A stretch of 57,278 nt of DNA, the filler included, from Sphacelaria rigidula (Eukaryota): NCBI GenBank assembly GCA_964200075.2. It is 8 parts of 8 records of this genome, joined end to end, with 100 filler letters (N's around TTAATTAATTAA, not from the genome) between each part and the next. Parts side by side here need not be neighbours in the genome. Positions count along the whole stretch, not along the records: positions 43,035 to 50,106 come from CAXNAA020016637.1; positions 50,207 to 57,278 come from CAXNAA020016638.1; 6 more parts are not named here. One strand, given 5' to 3'. The translations under genes were made by a program, and so were the position numbers. Shown one piece after another: positions 47,164 through 57,278 of this stretch. The notes under the pieces were generated by a model. The model ran no database searches. It saw only the letters and a list, made by a program, of their open reading frames with translations, and was not told where the DNA came from. Within the stretch, counting starts at the first letter, position 1. Each line of letters starts with the position of its first letter.

Positions 47164-49410
47164 CACACCCTCAGGGTATATCTGTACAATGTGGGCAGAT
47201 TTTTGGCCCACGGATTGTTCGCTTCTGGAACGTTTGACCCACCTTTTGACCCCCAAGCCAAGAAAACCGCCAACACACGTCTCCGACATGTTTCATCACC
47301 CCACAGAAAGGAGCCTACTCTGCTTTTCAGATTCACTTGGCTCCGAGGTTCGAAATTGATCGCGGAACACAAAACTTGTTCGCAAAAACCTGTGCTTGCC
47401 GACCCCCGCCAGTTTGGGATGGGAAGATTACAAATCCTCGTCACATGACAAAAATCTATATGAAACCTCCGATCGATACATTCAGCGGGTGACGACGATT
47501 TTTGGTGTGCACATTTCATGGAGCATGGAGATACGATAGACACCCTCACCTTCACCTTCTTCGTAATCTGTCTAGTTCGCTCGCGGTCAAAATCTTGCCT
47601 CGCCCGACAGCCGCCGCGATTCCTGAGATATGCAGTGTCGAAATAGGCGCATCAGCACGCATGTGCGGACGGTGATTATTGTGTACCATGCATTATGGTT
47701 TGGCGTGTACTCTGTCAATATTCGGTTCAACTATAGCTATCAACTACCCAAGGGTTTTGAGCCAGTTTTTTTACGTTTTTATTCACCTTCGTAAACTTCT
47801 CTGCAGTCGTAACTGCTTTTTTTTTCGTACGATCTTCGGACTTTCTGTTGGGTACGTTATTGATCGCCTCAAGGGGTGGAGTGTTCCGCGAGACGCGCGA
47901 GTTCAGAAGCCAGCCGGCTTCAGTCAAGGGCATGGTGGCGGGTGAAGCTTGCTGTTGTGTATGAAGCGGATGGAAAGAAAAGTGGCGAAGGGGGTACTGG
48001 CGGCAGAGGGGCGGACACCAGTCGTGAGTCGAAGCGATCACCAGCGCAAGCCGGTACTACGATGCGCACAAAAATCTGAGGTTGCGCTATCGAGTACTGG
48101 TCACAGGCATATGGGCATATGTACAGCATCGATCAAAACTCCCTTGATGATTTGCACAGACTTATGGGCATATAAACGCCAAAACACTCATCACGGATGG
48201 ACAGTGCAAGTTCGGGTTCAAATCTGTAGCTTTGTTGAGTTCACATCGCGGCGCAAATGTTGTTTCAACACCGTCCTACGTACATGGATTGTATTTGGGC
48301 AGGTTGCATCACCAAGGTTCCTCGGGAATGTTCCTCATGATGAGGACTGAAGGCAATAGTATGCACGAGACAGTTGCAACAACAGCTTGTCTCGTCCGTA
48401 TTGTCGTGTATGTCACGGCCGTATTTCGCTGCGACCTTCCCGTTTGCAAACACAAACAGCGTACAGGCGAAATCGGGTACACCCGCTCGTTCCGTGGCGT
48501 ACCTGCACATCGCCCCTGAAAAGTAGAGCTTGAAGATACCTTGAATGCAGATGCTTCTGCGAGACGAAAAAAACATGATAACCGCACATCACCCACCCCG
48601 CATCTCCCTACATATATATATATATATATATCATCCCACCTATATCACACCTCACAGTCGTTCCCTCAAGGTGGAAGGTCATAGCAATCGGATGCGAATG
48701 CAGAGGAGTTCACGGAGGTAAGTAGGAACCAGCCTTGCTCCGGTTGCTGGATGTACACTCGCTGGAGCGTGCTTGCACAGTCTTGAACTTTGATTTGAAC
48801 TTATTGTGATTTTTTTCCGAGTCGGCCTTCTTCAGACTTCCGGTATTTCATTCGAGATGACAAACGCGTGGTTTGTGAAAACAAACCACCTCGCCCGTCT
48901 TAAGCGGCACAGCAGGGTCTGCCTGTACTGTATCGAGTCGCTGGTGAGGCCGCTCCTTTTAACAGACAAAAATAAAACCCTGAAAAAGTTGCTCACCTCC
49001 CACAGATAGGGGTAACTCAAAGTGAAATAAAATATTTTCGCGGCATGGCCGTGCGTTTGAAAATCGCCGCTGGGCAAAAATCGAGGACCCACCTGAAATC
49101 AGGGCAAGGACTATCGAATGGGGCAAGCGCTGTATGACTGTGCTGTAGCACAAACACACTCATGGTCTGTCTTGTGTGTTGTAGGTGTCGCTGCGCTGTG
49201 GCGTCTTCAGGTCTTTGTGGAGACGGTTTGATCTCCGCTGGGAGTGCCTGATTTGCTTGAAATATTGTCGGCACGCAGTGCTCTCTACACACAGTTGAAA
49301 CTTTCATGGGGTGTTGGCTGTTTCGTCTCAAGTCAAAGGAATAAGGCGCTCCCCAAACCCACCATCTTCCCCCTCAGATGGGGTTCGTAAAATTTCTCTG
49401 GAGGGATTCG

Positions 49411-50041
49411 GAAAGTCTGGAGGGCTTTGCGAGGTTAGTAAAATATCTGCCTCTGCTCCTTGCCCCCTCTGTCCCGATGACTTCAGGCATGGGAAAAATA
49501 TAAAAGAGCTTTCTACCTTCATTTTTGCATTTTTTTCGTGTTTTCAGTGGAATTTCGGGGAGAAACGAACGTTTCTCTTAGGCCTTATCTCGATGTTTTG
49601 GCTCAATTTTTAGAATTATGATTTGAAACTTGGCACGGAGAACCACAAAAGTGTTGCGAACAAAAAAACAAGTGGACCTTCATTTTTCAAGTTTTTTTCG
49701 TAGAGATTAGGTTCTCGTGAAGAAACGGCATTCACCATACTAGAACGCCCTAAACCTGTGAAAAAAGTAATTAAAAAACTGACCTGCTTTGTTCTGTTGA
49801 TTTTGCCTTGGAGAGCGCCCACGTAACATATCAATAAACAAAAACCAAAGGTCAGCCGGTGAGTGGCCTTCGGAATACTGTTCCGAGTTTCGACCGACCC
49901 TGTTTTCTGAAGGCCCATGCTCCCGCCAATATTTTGAGTTGGACCCTGAAATTTGGTATGCACAACGAATGGGGCATGAAACAAAAAAACCTCGGTACCA
50001 AAATAGTTATTTTACAGTCCAGGGCAATAATCAGTTTTTAG
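49411..50041 (-). repeat. ~630-bp repeat block, inverted partner of 45560-46192
   Basis: Continuous reverse-complement similarity to 45560-46192. Confidence 0.85.
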
Positions 50042-50106
50042 AGTCATCCTACGATAGGGGGGGGGGGTGTTTAGGGCCATTTGTTGCTCGAAATTTCGAG
50101 TCAGAT

Positions 50107-50206
50107 NNNNNNNNNNNNNNNNNNNNNNNNNNNNNNNNNNNNNNNNNNNNTTAATTAATTAANNNNNNNNNNNNNNNNNNNNNNNNNNNNNNNNNNNNNN
50201 NNNNNN
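50107..50206. other. Artificial contig linker
   Basis: N44-TTAATTAATTAA-N44. Confidence 0.97.
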
Positions 50207-50419
50207 CACTGGATCTATATACATGTGTGACATCAGTCTCTGATATGTCACTGCAAAGGGATATCTCCCACAGTACACCCTTTTTCACATATCTCCTGCG
50301 TGTGTTAGGCTGCCAAGCCAACCCTCTCCTTAGCACGAGAGTCTCCCGTGAGTCTGTGAACTCTGTTTCGAAGTTACCCACCAGTCGTCTGGTCCCCCAC
50401 CATTTCTAGGACTTTTTTT

Positions 50420-50500
50420 GCTCCCACTCAACGTCGCTTGTGGTGGGAGCCGGGATTTGAACCCGATATCTTCTATTCGTAATACGTACGAGTTGTATCA
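50420..50500 (-). mobile_element. Possible degenerate tRNA-derived SINE head
   Basis: The minus strand has a B box GGGTTCAAATCCCGG (50465-50451). No convincing A box or cloverleaf. Confidence 0.3.
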
Positions 50501-50729
50501 CTGCTGTCGCCAATAATGTGGAGCGGTGTTAAACCGCAAGGTGAGGCGTGATGTTTTTCCTTGATATTTAGGCAAGGATTGCCCCTAGCCTGGATGGTAG
50601 GCTCTTGGAGCCGACCTGCACCTGGTACAGGATACTGGTGTTGTTATTGTTGTCGTGACTCCCCAGGGCTCGACGGTGGCTCTTGTCATGTGCTCATCTA
50701 CCCTTCAGGCCTGCTACCTAAAAGACTGA

Positions 50730-52000
50730 AAAAGGCGCTGAGGGTGAGGACAAAGCGTTCGAACGGATGGAGGATGTTGAGCTGCAGAACTTTGTTCACG
50801 ATTTCACCGCCCGGACAGCAGAGTTTGTTTGCAAGAAGGATCAAACAGGGCTGTACCAACACATCAAGTCCCTGAAACTGAAAGGGAAGAAGGGGTGCGG
50901 CGCCACCTAGACTAGGAGTGCGGCTGGTAAGTTGTTACGGGTCAGGCAAGCTATCCTGCAACGGTGGCGTCACGAAGCAGTGCCGCAGGAACGGAAAGAC
51001 ACCAGGAGTAGGACCCGCACGAATGCTGCAACCACCGCGGTATATCGCTAGGGTCCCACGCAGGCAAGGGGGCTCTTGAGACAGTTGCGACTCGCCTCGG
51101 TGCCTTCTGCGAGTGAAAGGGAACCCTTCCAGATGCTCAGTGCGGCTTCCGACCCGGCCGGTTGACAGTCGGCATGATGTACGTTGTGCGCAGACTCCGA
51201 GAACTGGCCAGAGAGAGGATAATCCTCCACTGTACATGTGCTTTATCGACCTCCAAAAGGCGTAGGACTCAGGCGACGGCTCTCTTCTCTGGAAGGTGCT
51301 AGCACGATACGGTATCCGGGCCTAGATGATTTGTATCATTCGCCAGTTCCACGACGGCATGCGGGGCATACGTACGCGTTGACATCGGCGAGACGTCGAA
51401 GTGGTGTAACATTAACCAGGGCTTCCGCCAACACTGTGCTTTCCCCCGGTTTGTCTCGCATCTTCGTGCGGTGCTGACGGTGACGTTCGACCGCGTCTCG
51501 ATAAAATAAAAGCGTTGGCGCAAGACTTCATCCGCATCGATGAAAGGGGCGTGAAGACCCGAGATAAACCTAGCAAAGTGCTTCGGGCCACTGTACGACG
51601 ACGACGCTGGCATTGCCTCGCGATCTCAACCAAGCCTAGCAAAGATGATGGCGGCCGTCGTCGAAGTATGTGCGGCATTCGGCCTCGTCGTAGCGGAAAA
51701 GAAGACGGCCACCATGCACATGCGCTCCCCGAACATGGGGATGGATACGATCGAGGTGGAGGCAGCGGTCCAAAGACACAGGCAAGTTGAGTCATTTTCC
51801 CATCTCGGTGCAAAAATCAGCAGCATAGGCGATTCCACTCCTGAGATCCACAGCCACATTGGCCAGGCCTGGACGTGCTTCTACAAGTACACAGCAGAGT
51901 GGTATGCAACAACCCGTACATCGCCCTGGTCACAAAGGTTCGTCTCCTGAAGGCTAGAGGGATCGAGGGAATGGTATACGGTTGCGGCCTGAGCGATCGC
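50730..52000 (+). mobile_element. Decayed RTE-clade LINE reverse transcriptase
   Basis: Frameshifted motifs GLYQHIKSL, VPQERKD, MMYVVRRLRELARE, RQFHDGM, QGFRQHCAF, LYDDDAGIAS (YADD position), VCAAFGLVVAEKKT, FSHLG and KVRLLKA..MVYGC occur in the expected order. Confidence 0.85.
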
Positions 52001-52978
52001 ACACGACACTTCCGGCGCTTTACGGAAAGCCTACCGACCGCATGGTAGGCAATGGAACCGACCTTGCACTGGGGTACAGAGGTAGAGTGTTGCCTTGGGT
52101 GCCGACGGTGGCTGTGTTCTGCTGAACCCTTTCTACTGTCGGCACCGGTTACCTAGGGCACCGGTTATTCATCTGTACAGGTGGTCCAATGGTCCGACTG
52201 GTACCATTACGGAGGAGAAAACATGTGTACAATTCCTACCAGATGCGTTGGGGTTTCTCTTCCCAGTATCTGATGTCTACCGTCGAAGGCGGGTTTAGGT
52301 GAGTAGTCGACAAAAAAAAAGTTGACGAGAGTTGATGCGGCGCGGGTGTGCTGACCCCATCTGCAAGACCAAACTACAAGGCTTGTGCCGGGGAGAGATT
52401 AGTACATCTCTTGAGACCACGGACTCGTCCAGAGGAAGGGGAGGGGTTCACAGTCTGACAAAATAGAAGAAAAAAAAAGTGGGAGTGTTTCGGGTCTTCT
52501 CACTCACATCACTGTCGGACCAGCTTCCTGCGACGTACTCATCTCCGGTTCACATGCATGTAGAGGCGATCGTCCTGGACACACGATAGCCCGACAGTTC
52601 ATGGCACAGCGTGCTCTTGCATGGAGTTGATGCGTTTGAACGTTTGCTGAGACCAAGTGTGTACCTCGCCCCAAGGTGGTTAGTTGACGGATCTTTGCGG
52701 CCAAATGGGCAATGGGGAGTCGAGGCACGTTGCTTCGAAATATTTTCAACGCCCCTTGGGTGGGGTGGGCCAGGGGGGTGCTGATGTAAGTGCGAAGTCT
52801 TCACCGACGATTCAGCTCCGAGGCCATCAATCGAAGAAAATAACGTTCCAAACAATTTCCCCAGGCAAGATGGATTCGGTCCAAGTTGCTGCCTGTTGAT
52901 GACGGGCTGGGACCGAAAACTGCTTTACTTTGGTGTGATTCGAGAACCATTTGTCTCGTTGCCTTGTCGAAAGGAAAC

Positions 52979-53068
52979 TATTCAGCATCCGTATAGCGTG
53001 GACTATAACTGAGGACAGCACTATATTCGGCATCCGTATAGCGTGGACTATAACTGATGACAGCACTA
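52979..53068. repeat. 45-bp tandem duplication
   Basis: TATTC.GCATCCGTATAGCGTGGACTATAACTGA.GACAGCACTA occurs twice. Confidence 0.8.
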
Positions 53069-53831
53069 CAATAGTATAACAGAGAATAAATCTCAGGTAG
53101 GATGGACCTACTTTTGGTCGAGCAATGCCTAGGTTCACCCATGATTTATGTCTACTGCGCACCCCGTTCCGCCACGGTAACGAATTTTGATTTATCGCGC
53201 ACGTGGTGGCTTTCAAAGACACAAACACATTGTGCACCCCCCGAACACGGCCCGCAAACAGTACGGTCGACAGTGACAAAAAACGTGGCTGTACTAAAAA
53301 TCTCCTTTCGATAAAATGCTCTCAAGATGAGGACGGGAGAAGGAAGACGGGCAAGCTGCCACCAACAACAAAATCGACGTGAAATGGGGTGAGCTTCAAC
53401 ATGGAAAAATCCTGGATGCATCCCGTTCCACATCTTGGCCCTGACGGTGGTCATGAAAAAGATCCTGCTGCACCACGCCTTGCTTCGTAGAACGATCCCC
53501 CTGTTTTTCCCTCGCCTTGTGATACTACTGTTATAGCGTTTTCTTCGAAACCAAGATCGCACACAAGTCAGCGGCGAAGATATCCGCACCCCACCGTCTA
53601 GAGATCGTCTCTCTACAAAATTCCGTCACATCGGGTACGAAATGACGGAATGGTGCGTCCATCGCAGAGTCCTTTTCAGCCTTTCTGCACTGCAAGCAAG
53701 AGGAGGCTGCTCCACAAGAAACGACACTCAATTGTTGATTTCGCGGCAAACGCACGACCATCATGTACAAGTAGCTGCAAACCCCAACGTGTTGCATGCA
53801 CATCTTGCGAGCAATCGTACACCAAGCATGA

Positions 53832-53981
<150 letters not shown>

Positions 53982-54072
53982 TGACGTCCATTTTCTTCAA
54001 TCTTGGAAAAAAAACATTTTCTTCGCTACGAGAAACGATATTCATGCCCTCTAAACCCCCACGTGCGATGTA

Positions 54073-56705
54073 TCATCGCGTCCACTGGGCGGCCCCAATG
54101 GGTGGAAAAACAGACACCGTCACGTCGCCGTACATATCCGTGACGCAAGACAAGCGATAACTCTCCGGGTTTTCCCGCAAGGTGTTTCTCTCATCCAAGG
54201 ATTGAGTCGTGGTGTTGTCCATCCCTTCCTTGATGTCAACGATGCACGTCCTGGAGAAGATTAGTTTTGTTTTTGCGATAGCACAAGACAAGGAACACGG
54301 TGGATGGCAGTGGGACCGGACGGAAGTCAGACCGAACGGAGACCCAACAGAACGCTGTTGAGAGAGACGGCTTCTGAAAGTCGGCGACGGCTGCTCGTCT
54401 TGATAATTTTTGGGATGGAAAACCGGGGTGGGGAAAGGGCGGACTCATTTGTTGCTTGCCTCCGTCATTTGACCGTTGACCACGCATTCCTTTCGAGATG
54501 GAGCATGCTTCCTACTCCCAACAGACGCCTCAACATTTAGGCGCTCATTACGACGTGTTCTCCAAACATTACGCAAAAGCCTCTTACTCACCTTATCCCC
54601 TTCCTGTGTACTCGTCTGTGGCCACCATCTATGTTCTAATATAGCGATCGCGTTCTCGCTTTTGTCTTATGTACCAAACGGTTTCATACCACCTTCGTTT
54701 ACTTCCCACATATTCTCCTCGAACACGTACGTTCCTCCTTGTATAGTTCACACTCTGCAACTACATGATATCTACTATCTGGGTGGGGGGGGAAGGGAGG
54801 CGGGGGGGGTGCATGAGGCGCTCAACCGTGTGACCGCCAAATAACTCATTCCCCGAGCCTGTACACTATTGGGGAATAAACCGCCAGCATTGGCCGAGAT
54901 CAATTCCCCCATACCACCGTCGGACACGCTACACCTCAAGAGCACCCGGCGATAGCGCCTACTGAAGCTCGCATTCCACTATATGGCTATGGTACACACG
55001 AATGAAACTCGCAGCAGCGCTGCCGAAAAAAAGAAGGAAGCGCTGCCTGTCTACACCAGCAAACTCACCCGCACAGCTGCTTGCCCTTGCAGTTCGTCCA
55101 CCGAGACACTGATTGGTACACGTTGATACCGTTATCCACCAAGATATTCCGAAGATTGGTTCCCGCCGGCCCTTCGAGCGTCACGTCCGGCTTGCCCTTT
55201 TGCAGCACGGTCACCTTCACCGTTTCCGGCGGAGGTTTGACGTCTACGATGTTTTATTCCCGGAAAAAAAAGAAGCATGAAGTAGTTTCGGGTAAGAAGG
55301 CAACGTGAACGAAAAAAAACGTGTGGCAGCGGGTGGTTCAAACTTGCTCCAAGTCAAAACATCACACAGCCATCTGTAACAACTGATCAAATAGAACTCT
55401 CAGAACCGACCGTCCAAAAACCTGAATAAGTGACCACGGTGCCAGATGAGCCAAAGCGCAACCTTTGCACTACACCGCATGCTTGGCGTCCAGCGCTGTA
55501 TGGAGAAAAAATGGGAGCAGGGGCCAAGTGAGCTGGCTGATGATCCTGAGCAGCACAGTAGTAAGAACTAATAGTTAGGAAACTCATGGGTTGTCCGACG
55601 TGTGCAAACTAAAAATGCGTGATCACGATTGCTCGGAACAGTCAAGAGTATATTTTCGGAACGGCACGGTGACGCCCACATTTACCGCAAGAGGCGGCTT
55701 GGATCTTCGGCGCACCAAGCACCCAGGCACTAGGGAAGGGCTACTAGGAGGCCCTCCTCGTCAGGGCACCGCAGACCGGAAGACTAGTACGAAAAGATAC
55801 GCTTCGGAACTACCCACCAATAAACTCCCGCAGCTCCTCTTGTGTCCCTCGGAACAGAGTCAATTCCACCTCGTCCCCCTGGAGACCGATCAACGCATCC
55901 ATTGCGGCGTCGAAGGGGGCCCCGGCCAAGGGTGTGTCGTAGATCGCACACAGCTGAGCGCCGGGAAAATCAACACGCCAAACGGAAATTTCCAAAGGCA
56001 CGCACATCACACGCAAATGAAGTGAAGCGCGCCAAACTGAGCGAGTTTTGTGTGACTCCGACACGTCGATTCCATTACAACTGGATAACGACGATCCAGG
56101 TCGCGACTTGAAAGCACCATGGTATCGCTGTTATTTCTCCGCCTGTGGAAACTCGGCAGCACGACACAACATCGCTTGGTCGGATCCACAATAATAAAAC
56201 CTCGGGTGGTTTCTTCCGGCGTCGTTGGGTCCAAACGAAATCTGCACCTTGGGGGGAAAAAAAGCTCAGCAAGGCGTCGAGGATCGCAACAACCTAAACA
56301 AGATAAATATGTATATATCCTTTGGCAAGGCGGATTCAGAAAAAATATATGCGACAACCCACACGAAGCTGGCGCTGACAATTACGCCAACTTTTTACAA
56401 AGCGCGAGGGACTAGCGAGACTTTCAAAGATTTTTTTTGTTCTTTCTGTTTACTTATGGGTGAATATATGGTCACCTGATCCCCCACAGATATTTTCCCG
56501 CAGTTGGCGGCTGGCCCACTCGGGTCGAGTTCGCGGACGTAGACCCACCGGAAACTAATGTCGGTGCCCCAACCGATTCCCATCGCGCGTGAGATGCGCA
56601 CCGTGTATATCCGAGGATCCACGGGCTTTTGTTGGCTTCGTTCGGCCTCTTGTTCAGCCGATTCTTCGGAATGTTCTCCGTCTGCTGCGGTCATGCTCAA
56701 GGGCC
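54073..56705 (-). CDS. Multi-exon gene (5' exon not located): PDZ domain fused to a 2Fe-2S ferredoxin domain of the PnsB3/NDF4-like type, probably plastid-targeted
   Basis: Exons 56705-56476, 55953-55818, 55243-55069 and 54250-54073 have AG/GT boundaries and consistent phases (0, 1, 2). PDZ: YTVRISRAMGIGWG...VYVRELDPSGPAANCGKISVGDQ|LCAI...APFDAAMDAL...VELTLFRG. Ferredoxin: GTNLRNILVDNGINVY...NCKGKQLCG|TCIVDIKEG...YRLSC (C-x5-C-x2-C...C). Confidence 0.9.
54425..54776 (-). mobile_element. Intronic LINE ORF2 C-terminus and 3' end (family A)
   Basis: HVVAECELYKEE (zinc-knuckle tail)...AIAILEHRWWPQ...APSRKECVVNGQMTEASNK*. G-rich flanks GGGGTGGGGAAAGGG (54425) and GGGTGGGGGGGGAAGGG (54781). Confidence 0.75.
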
Positions 56706-57278
56706 CTGGGGACACGCGACGTTGATCCCAAGACACGCACACATACGTGTCCAATCACATCAGTCATGGACTCAGCTGTGTCCCACAATTTTCAATTTTA
56801 TGGCAGGAAAAGTGAGGTACCGATGAAGCATGCGGTATTCTTCAGCTCCTGCCTAGAAAAGTAGCGAGGAAAGCAATACTGTTCTGATTCAGCGCGTGAT
56901 ACCGCGACACACTGGAACAAATTCGCCTGTCAGGTATAATCGCAGCAAACAGTATGTACTGTACTGTTGTAGTATTTCATCTGGGCTAGGCCGTTACGGT
57001 ATCGGGACGGGGAAATCACATTCCAGACTCGCATTTGCAGATGTTATTCTGCCCAGAACGACCAGTTTGGGTCTGATCGGGAATCCCGTATACAGCAACG
57101 AATGCTAAACCCATAATGCGGCACAATGAGTCATGCATCGAAGAGGAACGCGGCAGAACGATCAGTTGACACTTCTTGAAATACTTATTTTGTGCTCCAG
57201 CACAGGAGTATTCGTCCCGCTAAAATCTGCTTTCTGAGTTTCTTTTCCGGTCTTCTTGGGCGCGCGCGCGGGGGGGGG

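Overview
Eukaryotic, repeat-rich nuclear DNA, most consistent with a brown alga (inferred from GT-AG multi-exon genes with plastid/cyanobacterial-type products, TTAGGG-type repeats and the TE families). The window is not one locus. It is eight contigs of 7073, 7073 and 6 x 7072 bp joined by artificial 100-nt linkers (N44-TTAATTAATTAA-N44), i.e. size-sorted unplaced contigs, so adjacency across linkers means nothing. Three host genes can be reconstructed: (1) a 5-exon, 5'-incomplete homolog of an uncharacterised cyanobacterial membrane protein family with a long acidic/Arg-rich tail (16684-19258, -); (2) a single-coding-exon P-type PPR protein with 20 full canonical repeats (24136-26952, +); (3) a 4-exon, 5'-incomplete PDZ + 2Fe-2S ferredoxin fusion (54073-56705, -). 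The rest is a ~230-bp satellite array, decayed Ty3/Gypsy, Ty1/Copia and RTE-type LINE remnants, a Tc1/IS630-like transposase fragment, a tRNA-derived SINE and several MITE families. The most interesting signals are two LINE families whose 3' ends sit in C/G tracts with G-rich target-site duplications, a PPR code that reads as a motif containing AUG, the PDZ-ferredoxin, a cluster of three adjacent DNA hairpins, a GACT-ended MITE with 4-bp CGGW duplications, and MITEs carrying telomere-like repeats. I found no clear-cut new multi-gene system. All family assignments come from motif recognition by eye, not from database searches.
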